A stretch of 64,000 nucleotides of DNA from the NCBI GenBank assembly GCA_964509765.1, contig CAZDYI010000105.1, forward strand, positions 1,999 to 65,998, read 5' to 3'. The translations under genes and the position numbers were made by a program. Shown piece by piece: positions 32,908 through 47,217 of this stretch (within the stretch, counting starts at the first letter, position 1; every line of letters begins with the position of its first letter). Source of the DNA: an uncultured Gammaproteobacteria bacterium. GTDB taxonomy: Bacteria; Pseudomonadota; Gammaproteobacteria; Tethybacterales; Tethybacteraceae. A model generated the notes under the pieces. It was given only the letters and a program-made list of their open reading frames with translations. It was not told the DNA's origin and did no database searches.

Positions 32908-34458
32908 ATGCTGAAAATCGAGAAGAATGTCCCGGACGATGCGGCGAAGGCGTTCGGCGACAAGACCCTGGAGCTCGTGGCGGAGCTCGAGGAGAAGTTC
33001 GGCGAGCGGCGCAGGTCGCTGCTCAAGGCGCGGGAGGGGCGCCAGCTGGAATACGACTCCGGAAAGCTGCCGGACTTCGACCCGGCAACGGAATCGGTCA
33101 GGAAGGGCGACTGGCAGCTCCCCCCTCCGCCGGCGGCCCTCGAGGACCGGCGCGTGGAGATCACCGGCCCCTGCGACCGCAAGATGATGATCAACGCGCT
33201 CAACTGCGGCGCGAACGTCTTCATGGCCGACCTCGAGGACTCGCACTCGCCGGTCTGGGCGCAGACGGTCGCCGGCCACGTGAACCTGTACGACGCCGCC
33301 CGCCGCGAGATCGAGTTCGACGACCCGGCAAGCGGCAAGAGCTACAGGCTCGGCGACAGCCTTGCGGTCCTGATCGTCCGCCCGCGGGGGCTGCACCTCG
33401 ACGAGCCGGCGGTCAACGCAGGCGGCCGCCCGGTATCGGCGTCGCTGTTTGACTTCGGCGTGCACATGGCGAACAACGCCGCCGCGCTCGCCGCGAGGGA
33501 CGAGGGACCCTTCCTGTACCTGCCGAAGCTCGAGCACCACACGGAGGCGCAGCTGTGGTCGGACGTCATAGCCCACGCAGAGAAGAGCCTCGGGATCGAA
33601 AGCGGCAGGACGCGCGTCACCCTGCTTATCGAGACGCTGCCCGCGGTCTTCCAGATGCACGAGATCCTCCACGCGCTAAAGGAGAACATCGTCGGGCTCA
33701 ACTGCGGCAGGTGGGACTACATCTTCAGCTACATAAAGACCTTCCGCAAGGACGGCAAGCGCGTCCTGCCCGAGCGCAGCCAGGTCCACATGGGCGTCCC
33801 GTTCCTGGACGCGTACTCGAAGCTGCTCGTGCAGACCTGCCACGCGCGGGGGGCGCACGCGATGGGCGGGATGTCCGCGTTCATCCCGGTGCGCGGGGGC
33901 GGCGAGGAGAACGACCGGGCGCTTGAGATGGTCGCGGCGGACAAGAGGCGCGAGATCGCAAACGGGCACGACGGGTCCTGGGTCGCGCATCCCGGCCTCG
34001 TGGAGCCGGTGAAGGCCCTGTTCGACGAGGCGATACCGGGCAAGGACCAGAAGTCGGCATCGCCCAAGGAGGAGATCGGCCAGGCGGAGCTGATCGCCGT
34101 GCCCGAGGGCACGATTTCGTGCGCGGGCTTCGACGGCAACGTCGAGGTCGCCCTGCTCTACACCCAGGCCTGGCTCGGCGGCCGCGGCGCGGTCCCGATC
34201 CACAACCTGATGGAGGACCTCGCGACCGCCGAGATCTCGCGCTCGCAGCTGTGGCAGTGGATCAGGTCCCCCGAGGCGAAGCTCGACGACGGCTCGGAGA
34301 TCACGGCCGGGCTGTTCGGTGAAAGCCTGGAGAAGGCAAGGGAATCCGCGGGCGGCGACGGCAACCTGGAAGCGGCGGCGGACGTCATCGCCTCGCTGGT
34401 GCTCGCGGACGAGCTCGAGCCGTTCCTGAGCTCTTTCGCCTTGGGACGGCTTGCCTGA
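32908..34458 (+). CDS. aceB: Malate synthase A
   Basis: 516 aa from ATG 32908 (RRVEITGPCDRKMMINALNCGANVFMADLEDS, YLPKLEHHTEA, GHDGSWVAHPG). The size fits the A type. Confidence 0.92.
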   Translation: MLKIEKNVPDDAAKAFGDKTLELVAELEEKFGERRRSLLKAREGRQLEYDSGKLPDFDPATESVRKGDWQLPPPPAALEDRRVEITGPCDRKMMINALNCGANVFMADLEDSHSPVWAQTVAGHVNLYDAARREIEFDDPASGKSYRLGDSLAVLIVRPRGLHLDEPAVNAGGRPVSASLFDFGVHMANNAAALAARDEGPFLYLPKLEHHTEAQLWSDVIAHAEKSLGIESGRTRVTLLIETLPAVFQMHEILHALKENIVGLNCGRWDYIFSYIKTFRKDGKRVLPERSQVHMGVPFLDAYSKLLVQTCHARGAHAMGGMSAFIPVRGGGEENDRALEMVAADKRREIANGHDGSWVAHPGLVEPVKALFDEAIPGKDQKSASPKEEIGQAELIAVPEGTISCAGFDGNVEVALLYTQAWLGGRGAVPIHNLMEDLATAEISRSQLWQWIRSPEAKLDDGSEITAGLFGESLEKARESAGGDGNLEAAADVIASLVLADELEPFLSSFALGRLA

Positions 34459-35212
34459 GGAGGGCTTTCCCGCTTTAGTCGCCCAAGTCGAGATCGACCG
34501 GCGGCGGAAGGGAACTGGCGGCGGGAAGCCGGCCGTGCGCTTTCCGCCGCACGACACGGCGCTTACGCATCCGAACGGGCTGCTCGCCGTCGGGGGCAAC
34601 CTGGAGCTGTACACGCTCGAAGAGGCCTACCGGAACGGGATATTCCCGTGGTTCGAGGACTCGGCAATGGTCCCGGTCATCTGGTGGAGCCCGGACCCGC
34701 GGGCCGTGTTGGAGCCGGGGAGCTTTCACGCCTCCAGGAGCCTTGCAAGGAGCGAGCGGAAGCTCAGGCCGGAATACCGGGTTGACGGCGCGTTCGGAGA
34801 GGCGCTTGACGGGTGCTCGAGAAGGAACGGCTCGGGGGAGAGCAACTGGCTCGGAAACAAAATGCGCGGCGCGTACGGAAGGATGCACGAGGCCGGCCTC
34901 GCGCACAGCTTCGAGGCATGGTCGGACGGAAAGCTCGCAGGCGCGGTGCTGTTCGTGCAGTTCGGGGCGTACTTTTCCGGCGAGACGATGTTCTCGGCGG
35001 TGACCGACGGCTCCAAGCTCGCCCTGCGCGAGATGTGCCGCAGGCTCGCGGCGGCGGGGGCGCCGCTCCTGGACTGCCAGATGATGTCGGACCACCTCGG
35101 CACCCTGGGCGCGCGGATGATGCGGCGGGACCGGTTCCTCGAGGCCATCGCCCTCGCGCAGCGGGCGGAGGCGCCGGACCTCTCGGTCCCCGCGCCGGCG
35201 GGCCACGGCTAG
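34451..35212 (+). CDS. aat: Leucyl/phenylalanyl-tRNA--protein transferase
   Basis: HPNGLLAVGGNL, YRNGIFPWF and WWSPDPRAVL blocks. The start is uncertain: TTG 34451 per the track, or GTG 34535. Confidence 0.88.
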   Translation: MPEEGFPALVAQVEIDRRRKGTGGGKPAVRFPPHDTALTHPNGLLAVGGNLELYTLEEAYRNGIFPWFEDSAMVPVIWWSPDPRAVLEPGSFHASRSLARSERKLRPEYRVDGAFGEALDGCSRRNGSGESNWLGNKMRGAYGRMHEAGLAHSFEAWSDGKLAGAVLFVQFGAYFSGETMFSAVTDGSKLALREMCRRLAAAGAPLLDCQMMSDHLGTLGARMMRRDRFLEAIALAQRAEAPDLSVPAPAGHG

Positions 35213-35215
35213 AAT
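35210..35215 (+). promoter_or_regulatory. -10-like TAGAAT box 9 nt upstream of the AI-2E transporter ATG; its TAG is the aat stop codon
   Basis: Sequence is CTAGAATCCCGCCGTCATG, with no SD. Confidence 0.35.
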
Positions 35216-35224
35216 CCCGCCGTC

Positions 35225-36283
35225 ATGGAGCCGGAGGCTGCCCCGCCGATCAAGCAGCACCTCAACAGGTTCCTGAGGGACCACGAGCTTTTCTCGTTCA
35301 CGGTCACGCTGCTGGTCTGCTGCGTGGTCACCTACCTTGTCGCCATACACCTGCCGGCGCTGATCGTCGGCATCCTGCTCGCCTACCTGCTCGAGGGGAT
35401 CGTCTCCCGGCTGATCGGATGGGGCTGCCCGAGGCTGCTTGCGATCAGCTCGACGATGCTGCTGAGCATAGTCGGGATCTCGGTGCTGCTGCTGGTCGCG
35501 GTCCCCAAGCTCGCAGGCCAGGTGCAGGCGCTGGCGCTTAACATCCCGAGCATCGAGAGCCTCAAGGAGTCCTTCCACGACCAGCCGGGATGGGTGACGG
35601 ACTACTTCGAGTGGGAGGCGCTCGTAAACGACACGACCGAGTGGGTGAAGTCCGGCGCCGAGACCTTCGTCGGGTCCACGCTCGCGAACGTCGGCGGGCT
35701 GTTCTCGCTGGTGGTCTACGTCGTCCTCATCCCGATGCTCGTGTTCTTCCTGCTGAACGACAAGGAGCGGATCATCGCCTGGGTCAACAGGTTCGTCCCG
35801 AACTCGTCGATGATCGACGGGCTCAAGGCGCAGCTCGACGAGCAGTTCGGCGCGTACGTGCGCGGAAAGATCATCGAGGCGCTCGTGATCTTCGCCCTGA
35901 GCTTCGTCGCATTCCTGGTCCTCGACGTCAACTACGCCTTCACCCTGGCGGTCGCTATCGGCCTGTCGGTGATCATCCCGTACGTCGGCGCGATCGCGGT
36001 TACCTTCCCCGTCGTGATCCTGGGCCTGCTGCAGTTCGGTCTCTCGAGCGAGTTCTGGTGGATGATAGGGCTGTACACCGCCGTCCAGGTCTTCGACGGC
36101 CAGGTCCTCGTCCCGCTGCTCTTTTCCGAGGTGGTCAGGATCCACCCGGTCGCGATCCTCGTGTCGATCCTGCTGTTCGGCGCCCTGTGGGGGGTGTGGG
36201 GGGTGTTCTTCGCGATCCCGCTCGCCTCGCTGATCAAGTCGGTCATCATCGTCGTCGAGAAGCAGCTCGCCGAGCCGGCCTGA
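35225..36283 (+). CDS. AI-2E family transporter (PerM/YhhT-like, UPF0118)
   Basis: 352-aa polytopic membrane protein with family-typical blocks (IIPYVGAIAVTFPVVILGL, VFDGQVLVPLLFSEVVRIHPVAILVS). Confidence 0.8.
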   Translation: MEPEAAPPIKQHLNRFLRDHELFSFTVTLLVCCVVTYLVAIHLPALIVGILLAYLLEGIVSRLIGWGCPRLLAISSTMLLSIVGISVLLLVAVPKLAGQVQALALNIPSIESLKESFHDQPGWVTDYFEWEALVNDTTEWVKSGAETFVGSTLANVGGLFSLVVYVVLIPMLVFFLLNDKERIIAWVNRFVPNSSMIDGLKAQLDEQFGAYVRGKIIEALVIFALSFVAFLVLDVNYAFTLAVAIGLSVIIPYVGAIAVTFPVVILGLLQFGLSSEFWWMIGLYTAVQVFDGQVLVPLLFSEVVRIHPVAILVSILLFGALWGVWGVFFAIPLASLIKSVIIVVEKQLAEPA

Positions 36284-36286
36284 GCG

Positions 36287-37306
36287 ATGCTCGGCCTGGT
36301 CACGAGGGCGCTGCACGCCTTCCCGCCCGAGACCGCGCACCGCCTGTCGATGGCGGCGCTGCGGCTGTCGCCGAGGATTTACGACGCCAACGTCCCGGAC
36401 GGGCCCGTCGAGCTGCTCGGGCTGAGCTTCCCGAACCGGATCGGGCTCGCCGCCGGCTTCGACAAGAACGGCGACCACGTCGACGCCCTCGCCAAGATGG
36501 GCTTCGGCTTCATCGAGATCGGGACGGTCACCCCGCGGCCGCAGGACGGCTCGCCGCGGCCGCGGCTGTTCCGCATCCCGAAGCGCGAGGCGCTGATCAA
36601 CAGGATGGGCTTCAACAACAAGGGCGTCGAGAGCGTCGCGCGCAACCTCGCCAGGCAGGGGCGGAGCTTCGGCGGGATACTCGGCTGCAACATCGGCTGC
36701 AACCGGGACACGCCGCAGGAGAGCGCAGACGAGGACTACCTCGTGTGCCTGCGCCGCCTCTACGGCCTCGCCGACTACTACGTCGTGAACGTCTCGTCGC
36801 CGAACACCTCGAGGCTGCGCGACATGCAGCGGCCGCTCGCGCTGCGAGGGCTGCTCAACAGGCTCGTCGAGCTCCGCGAGGAGCTCTCGGAGAACCACAG
36901 GGAGAAGGCGCCGATCCTCGTCAAGGTCGCGCCGGACCAGTCCGGCAGACAGGTGAGCGCGATGGCCGACGTGGTGGTCTCGACCGGGATCGAGGGGATC
37001 GTCGCGACCAACACGACGACCGACCGGCCGCGCGCGGTCGCCTCGCAGCCCTACGGGGGCCAGCCGGGCGGCCTGTCCGGCAGGCCGCTGCGCGAGAAGG
37101 CCGACGCCTCGCTCGCGGCCTGGCGCGAGGCGCTGCCGAAGGACAAGGTGATCATCGGCGTCGGCGGCGTGATGGGCGGCAAGGACGCAAAGGCCAAGGT
37201 CAAGGCCGGCGCCGACCTCGTGCAGGTCTACACCGGGCTCGTCTACAAGGGCCCGTCGCTCGTCGCGGACTGCGCGCGCGCGGTCGGCTCAGCGCCGCGC
37301 CGCTGA
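36287..37306 (+). CDS. pyrD: Dihydroorotate dehydrogenase (quinone)
   Basis: 339 aa ([47 protein letters not shown]). Confidence 0.93.
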   Translation: MLGLVTRALHAFPPETAHRLSMAALRLSPRIYDANVPDGPVELLGLSFPNRIGLAAGFDKNGDHVDALAKMGFGFIEIGTVTPRPQDGSPRPRLFRIPKREALINRMGFNNKGVESVARNLARQGRSFGGILGCNIGCNRDTPQESADEDYLVCLRRLYGLADYYVVNVSSPNTSRLRDMQRPLALRGLLNRLVELREELSENHREKAPILVKVAPDQSGRQVSAMADVVVSTGIEGIVATNTTTDRPRAVASQPYGGQPGGLSGRPLREKADASLAAWREALPKDKVIIGVGGVMGGKDAKAKVKAGADLVQVYTGLVYKGPSLVADCARAVGSAPRR

Positions 37307-39421
37307 CCCCTTCCGCCTGCCGCCCTTGCGCGACTTGTGGTGGCCGCGCTTGCGGTAGCGCGGCGCGGGGCCCGCGGGCGCGAGCCCGAGCGCGGTCATG
37401 TTCAGGACCCGAAGCTGGTCACGGAGCTCTGCCGCCCTCTCGAACTCGAGGTCGCGCGCGGCCTCGTGCATCAGCCTCTCGAGCTCGCCGGACTCGCGCG
37501 CGAGCTGCTCGGGCGTCATCTTCTGCGGCGGGACATCCGTCTTCGGCGGCTCGATCTCGAGCTGGGCAGCCGACTCGATGAGGTCCGCTACCGCCTTCGA
37601 TATCCCCTTCGGCGTGATGCCGTGCTTCTTGTTGTGCGCTAGCTGCCTCTTGCGCCTGCGCTCGGTCTCGGCGACCGCGCGCCTGATCGACCCCGTCTCG
37701 GTGTCCGCGTAGAGGATCGCGGTCCCGTTGATGTGCCGCGCGGCGCGGCCGACGGTCTGGATCAGCGAGCGCTCCGAGCGCAAAAAACCCTCCTTGTCCG
37801 CGTCGAGGATCGCGACGAGCGAAACCTCCGGCAGGTCGAGCCCCTCGCGCAGCAGGTTGATCCCGACGAGCACGTCGAACAGCCCTGCGCGTAGGTCGCG
37901 GATGATCTCGGCGCGCTCGATCGTGTCGATGTCCGCGTGCATGTAGCGGACCCTCTTGCCGTGGTCGGCGAGGAACTCGGTGAGCTGCTCGGCCATCCTC
38001 TTTGTCAGCGTGGTGACCAGCACCCGCTCCTTTCGCTCGACGCGCTTGCCGATCTCAGACAGCAGGTCGTCGACCTGGGTGCGCGCGGGCCTGATCTCGA
38101 CCGTCGGGTCGACGAGCCCCGTCGGCCGCACGACCATCTCGACCACGCGCGAGGCTCGCTCGACCTCGAACTCCGACGGCGTCGCAGAGACGTAGACCGT
38201 CTGCGGGCGGAGCGCGTCGAACTCCTCGAAGCGCAGCGGCCGGTTGTCGAGCGCCGACGGCAGGCGGAAGCCGTACTCGACGAGGGTCTCCTTGCGCGAG
38301 CGGTCGCCGCGGTACATCGCGCCGATCTGCGGGACGGTCACGTGGCTCTCGTCGATGAACAGCAGGCCGTTGGCGGGCATGTAGTCGAACAGCGTCGGCG
38401 GCGGCTCGCCCTCCTCCCTGCCCGACAGGTGCCGCGAGTAGTTCTCGATCCCGGTGCAGAAGCCGAGCTCGGAGAGCATCTCGAGGTCGTAGACGGTGCG
38501 CTGGTGCAGGCGCTGCGACTCGACCGCCTTGCCGAGCCTCTCGAGCTCGGCCTCGCGCACCGAGAGCTCGGAGCGGATCTTCGAGAGCGCCCTCCTGACC
38601 GAGTCCGCCGGCATGGCGTAGTGCGAGGACGGGTAGACGGTGAAGCGCGGGACCTTCTCGACCATCGCGCCTGTGAGCGGGTCGAACATCGTGAGCGACT
38701 CGACCTCGTCGTCGAACAGCTCGAGGCGCAGGGCGAGCTCCGAGTTCTCCGCCGGGAAGACGTCGATGACGTCGCCCCTGACCCGGAAGGTCCCGCGGTC
38801 GAAGTCGTGCTTCTCGCGCTTGTACTGCATGTCGACCAGGCGCCGGAGGACCGACGCGCGGTCGGCGCCCTCGCCGCGGCGCAGGTGGAGGACCATCGAG
38901 TGGTAGTCGACCGGGTCGCCGATCCCGAAGATCGCGGACACGGTCGCGACGACCAGCACGTCGTTGCGCTCGATGAGCGACTTGGTCGCAGACAGCCGCA
39001 GCTGCTCGATCTGCTCGTTGCGCGAGGAGTCCTTGTCGATGAACAGGTCCTTGGACGGGACGTACGCCTCCGGCTGGTAGTAGTCGTAGTAGGAGACGAA
39101 GTACTCGACGGCGTTGCCCGGGAAGAAGCCGCGGAACTCAGAGTACAGCTGCGCGGCTAGGGTCTTGTTGTGCGCGAGGACCATCGTCGGACGGTTGAGC
39201 CGCTCGACGAGGCTCGCGACGGCGAACGTCTTGCCCGATCCGGTGACCCCGAGCAGGACCGCCTCGCTGTCGCCGGCCTCGAGCGCCTCGGCGAGCCCCG
39301 CGATCGCCTTGGGCTGGTCGCCCTTCGGCTCGAAGCCGGCCTCGAGCCTGAAGCTCCCCTCGCGGGGGGCGTTGGTCATCCGCTCGCGGATTGAGGCCGA
39401 GGTTGCTGTGTTCTGGCGCAT
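37289..39421 (-). CDS. uvrB: Excinuclease ABC subunit B
   Basis: 710 aa ([24 protein letters not shown]-terminal UVR motif AAELRDQL). The start is ATG 39421 or ATG 39379. Confidence 0.95.
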   Translation of the reverse strand: MRQNTATSASIRERMTNAPREGSFRLEAGFEPKGDQPKAIAGLAEALEAGDSEAVLLGVTGSGKTFAVASLVERLNRPTMVLAHNKTLAAQLYSEFRGFFPGNAVEYFVSYYDYYQPEAYVPSKDLFIDKDSSRNEQIEQLRLSATKSLIERNDVLVVATVSAIFGIGDPVDYHSMVLHLRRGEGADRASVLRRLVDMQYKREKHDFDRGTFRVRGDVIDVFPAENSELALRLELFDDEVESLTMFDPLTGAMVEKVPRFTVYPSSHYAMPADSVRRALSKIRSELSVREAELERLGKAVESQRLHQRTVYDLEMLSELGFCTGIENYSRHLSGREEGEPPPTLFDYMPANGLLFIDESHVTVPQIGAMYRGDRSRKETLVEYGFRLPSALDNRPLRFEEFDALRPQTVYVSATPSEFEVERASRVVEMVVRPTGLVDPTVEIRPARTQVDDLLSEIGKRVERKERVLVTTLTKRMAEQLTEFLADHGKRVRYMHADIDTIERAEIIRDLRAGLFDVLVGINLLREGLDLPEVSLVAILDADKEGFLRSERSLIQTVGRAARHINGTAILYADTETGSIRRAVAETERRRKRQLAHNKKHGITPKGISKAVADLIESAAQLEIEPPKTDVPPQKMTPEQLARESGELERLMHEAARDLEFERAAELRDQLRVLNMTALGLAPAGPAPRYRKRGHHKSRKGGRRKGSAARR

Positions 39422-39531
39422 CGCGGGCGGTCGTCGGTCTTGCGGGTAACTTTACATCCCGCCCCCGTGATTGCGGGGATTCGCCTGCCGGCAGGCGGCG
39501 GGCGTTTACAATCGCCGTCCAATTGCCCCCT

Positions 39532-43897
<4,366 letters not shown>

Positions 43898-43907
43898 GAC
43901 CTTACCG

Positions 43908-44402
43908 ATGAGCGACAACAGGGTCCTGTTCACCCAGGAGGGGCACGACCGGCTCAAGGGCGAGCTGGACCAGCTGGTCAACGAGGAGATGCCCGACCTG
44001 CTCCGCCGCCTCAAGGAGGCGCGCGCGCACGGCGACCTGTCGGAGAACGCAGAGTACCACGCGGTAAAGGAGCGCAAGGCCGGCGTCGAGGCGAGGGTCC
44101 ACCTCCTGAAGCTGAACCTGAGCAGGGCCGAGGTCTTCGCGCCCGACCCGAAGGTCGCCAACGGGACGTGCGTCTTCGGCTCGGTCGTGCGCCTGCGCAT
44201 TGAGCGCGACGGCGAGAAGGCCTCCGAGCGCGAGTTCCGCATCGTCGGCGACCTCGAGGCGGACACCTCGGCAGGCAGGCTGTCGATGTCCTCCCCGCTC
44301 GGCCGGGAGCTCCTCGGCAAGGCCGAGGGCGACCTCGTCGACGTCGAGGCGCCGGCGGGAACAATCAACTACGAAATCGTCTCGATCAGCTACGGCGCCT
44401 GA
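43908..44402 (+). CDS. greA: Transcription elongation factor GreA
   Basis: 164 aa (AHGDLSENAEYHAVKERK, SSPLGRELLGK). carAB-greA synteny. Confidence 0.93.
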   Translation: MSDNRVLFTQEGHDRLKGELDQLVNEEMPDLLRRLKEARAHGDLSENAEYHAVKERKAGVEARVHLLKLNLSRAEVFAPDPKVANGTCVFGSVVRLRIERDGEKASEREFRIVGDLEADTSAGRLSMSSPLGRELLGKAEGDLVDVEAPAGTINYEIVSISYGA

Positions 44403-44423
44403 TCGCGGCCGCGGCTTGCGCGC

Positions 44424-44996
44424 GTGACCCGCTACGGGATATACACGGTCGAGTTCGTCCTCGGCTTCTTCGCCTTCCTGCTGCTCGTCAGGTTCTACAT
44501 CTCGGGCGGCCCGATGGAGCGGTCGTCGCGGCTGAGCATGGCGGTCAACCAGCTGAGCAACTGGCTCGTGATGCCGATGAACCGGGTAGTACCGCGAGCC
44601 TGGGGGCTGGAGCTGTCCGCGCTTTTCGCGGCCTACCTGGCGGTGGTGCTCGAGACCTGCCTCGTGCTCACCATGCTCAAGGTCAAGTTCCTCGCGCAGC
44701 CGTCGGTCTCGCTTCCGGTCATAGCCGCCTCGGGCCTTCTCGAGGTGTTCGTGCGCTCCCTGCAGCTGTTCACCGCGGTGGTGATCGCGGGGGTTGTGCT
44801 CTCGTGGCTGCGCATCCCGGGTCCCGTTCCCGACTCGATCCGCCTGTTCTGCTCGAGGCTGCTGTGGCCGATACGCAGGCACCTGCCTCCTATCGGCGGC
44901 CTGGACTTCTCGCCGCTGGTCGCGCTGTTCCTCGCGCAGGTAGCGATGTTCGCCGCGACCGACGCGATGCGGTCCCTGACGGCGATCTTCCGCTGA
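44424..44996 (+). CDS. yggT: YggT family membrane protein
   Basis: 190 aa, GTG start, with two YGGT-like halves (LVMPMNRVVPRAWGLELSALF; LLWPIRRHLPPIGGLDFSPLV). Confidence 0.75.
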   Translation: MTRYGIYTVEFVLGFFAFLLLVRFYISGGPMERSSRLSMAVNQLSNWLVMPMNRVVPRAWGLELSALFAAYLAVVLETCLVLTMLKVKFLAQPSVSLPVIAASGLLEVFVRSLQLFTAVVIAGVVLSWLRIPGPVPDSIRLFCSRLLWPIRRHLPPIGGLDFSPLVALFLAQVAMFAATDAMRSLTAIFR

Positions 44997-45004
44997 GGCG
45001 GGCC

Positions 45005-46486
45005 GTGGCGAGGACGCGCAAGGCCGGGGCGATCGGGGCGCCGACGTTCCCGAGGGTGATCTCCTCGTACACGAGCCTCAACCAGCAGAACTACGGCAAG
45101 CACGACATAGTCCTGCAGCTCACCGGGATCCGCCGCCGGGCGCGCCTGCCGCACGAGCCGGCGTTCGCCGCGGCGAGGCTGCGGCACAAGCTCAAGGGCG
45201 ACGACCCGGCGATGATCACCCTGCCCGGCGGGACGAGGGTCGTCCAGCTGAGGATCACCCGCCAGGACCGCTTCCACACCCAGCTGTTGATCCGCCAGGG
45301 GCTCGAGCTCGCCGGCGCGAAGCCGGGGGCAAGGGTCGCGGTTGACATCCGCAGGACATCGAAGCCGCGCGTGATCGTGCACGACTCGATCTACGCGACG
45401 ATGGCGTTCCTCGCGCGGATGCCCGACTACAGCAAGGAGAAGGACAGCGGCGGCGAGTCGCTGATAAGCTTCCACGGCGCGGTCGGCAGGCCGAACCGCG
45501 AGAAGGCGGTAGCGTGCGCCGAGGCGAACATCCTGTGCCGGTGGCTTTCGATCCAGCCGAGCAACATGCTCGACCCCGGCTCGCTCGTCGCGTTCTGCAA
45601 GGCGCAGGCCGCGCGCCACGGGCTAGAGTTCGAGCACGTCGACGTCGGCCAGCTGAAGAAGCTCGGCGCCGAGGCGTTCCTTGCGGTCTCGGGCAAGGAC
45701 AGCAAGGGCGGGGTTGTGCGGATCGGCTACAGGAGCAAGACCAGGTCCAGGTCCAGGAAGGCGAGGCGGATAGCGCTCGTCGGAAAGGGAATATGCTTCG
45801 ACACCGGCGGGCTGAACGTCAAGGCGCCCAAGAGCATGCTCGGCATGCACGCCGACATGGCCGGCGCCGCCGCGGCGCTTGCAGCCGCAATAGCCGCGGC
45901 CAAGCTCAGGCTGCGGACAGACGTCGACGCCTGGCTGGTGATCGCCGAGAACCTCGTCGGCCCGGAGGCGATGAAGCCAGGCGACGTGGTCTCGTCCATC
46001 TCGGGCAAGACGATCGAGATCGTCGACACCGACGCCGAGGGGCGGCTGCTCCTGGCCGAGGGCCTGAGCCTGGCGGCGAAGGACAAGCCGGACGTCGTCG
46101 CGACACTCGCGACGCTCACGGGCGCGATGACCGTCGCGGTCGGCTCGGGCATGAGCGGGCTCGCGGGTGACGCGAGGCTCGTCGCGAGGGCGATGGAGGC
46201 AAGCGCCGACACCGGCGAGCGCATGCACGAGTTCCCGCTCCCGAAGGACTACGCAGAAAAGCTCGACTCGAAGATAGCCGACCTCGCCCAGTGCACCATG
46301 ACCGGCGAGGCCGACCACATCCTCGCGGCGCTTTTCATCCAGCGGTTCACCAGGAACCTCCCGTGGCTGCACGTCGACCTGTCCGCCTCCTCGAGCGAGG
46401 GCGGCCTCGGCGCGGTCCCGACCGAGCAGACAGGCTTCGGCGCGTGCTGGGCGGCGGCCTGGCTCGGGCGGATGTCGCGCAGGTGA
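45005..46486 (+). CDS. M17 family leucyl aminopeptidase-like protein
   Basis: C-terminal catalytic domain (VGKGICFDTGGLNVK, MHADMAGAA, VDTDAEGRLLLAEG). Start placed at GTG 45005, just after yggT; it is uncertain. Confidence 0.82.
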   Translation: MARTRKAGAIGAPTFPRVISSYTSLNQQNYGKHDIVLQLTGIRRRARLPHEPAFAAARLRHKLKGDDPAMITLPGGTRVVQLRITRQDRFHTQLLIRQGLELAGAKPGARVAVDIRRTSKPRVIVHDSIYATMAFLARMPDYSKEKDSGGESLISFHGAVGRPNREKAVACAEANILCRWLSIQPSNMLDPGSLVAFCKAQAARHGLEFEHVDVGQLKKLGAEAFLAVSGKDSKGGVVRIGYRSKTRSRSRKARRIALVGKGICFDTGGLNVKAPKSMLGMHADMAGAAAALAAAIAAAKLRLRTDVDAWLVIAENLVGPEAMKPGDVVSSISGKTIEIVDTDAEGRLLLAEGLSLAAKDKPDVVATLATLTGAMTVAVGSGMSGLAGDARLVARAMEASADTGERMHEFPLPKDYAEKLDSKIADLAQCTMTGEADHILAALFIQRFTRNLPWLHVDLSASSSEGGLGAVPTEQTGFGACWAAAWLGRMSRR

Positions 46487-47193
46487 CCGAAAAAAGGAGG
46501 AGTCTGCCCCGCAGGGAAGGCGGCGCGATCGCGGTCCCCTTCGACCGCGCCGCGAAGCCGGGCGAGATCGAAGGGCTCGAAGGCGACGGGGCCGACATCT
46601 TCGAGCTGCGCCTGGACATGGCCGGCAGCCCCTCCCCCGAGGACGCCGAGCGGATGGCGGCATCCTTCGGCGGGCGTCCGCTGATCTGCACTTGCCGCTC
46701 CGCCGCCGAGGGCGGGCGCGGCGGCGCGGACCACGAGCGGCTGATGGCGCTCGCAGCGACCGTGCGTCACGCGCACGCGCTGGACGTGGAGCTGTCCTCG
46801 CCGTCGATCCTTCCGCAAGCCGCGCTGCTCGCTGCCGAGAACGGCTGCGAGCTGGTCGTCTCGCTTCACTTCCTCGACGGGACGCCGGAACTCGGCGACC
46901 TCGAGGAGCTGGCAGAGCAGGCCGCGGCGGCAGGCGCAGACCTGATCAAGGTCGCAACAACTGTCTCTGCGGACGGCGACGTCGACACGCTCGCCGAGCT
47001 GCTAAAGCGCGAGAGGGACAGGGGCCGGGAGATCGCGGTGATGGGCATGGGAGACGGCGAGGCCGCGGCGGAATCCAGGGTGCGCCTTGCGAAGCTCGGC
47101 TCTGCGTTCGTCTTCGCGCGGGCCGAGATCGAGAGCGCGCCGGGCCAGCCAGGACTCAAGTGGCTCGCTGAAAGGCTCGGCCGCCCAGGCTGA
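46483..47193 (+). CDS. aroD: 3-dehydroquinate dehydratase, type I
   Basis: 236 aa from GTG 46483, with GTGA overlap to the upstream gene (DIFELRLD, LVVSLH, DLIKVAT, and the AVMGMG block). Confidence 0.78.
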   Translation: MTEKRRSLPRREGGAIAVPFDRAAKPGEIEGLEGDGADIFELRLDMAGSPSPEDAERMAASFGGRPLICTCRSAAEGGRGGADHERLMALAATVRHAHALDVELSSPSILPQAALLAAENGCELVVSLHFLDGTPELGDLEELAEQAAAAGADLIKVATTVSADGDVDTLAELLKRERDRGREIAVMGMGDGEAAAESRVRLAKLGSAFVFARAEIESAPGQPGLKWLAERLGRPG

Positions 47194-47217
47194 GGCGCGG
47201 CCTGCCTGCCGCACGCG

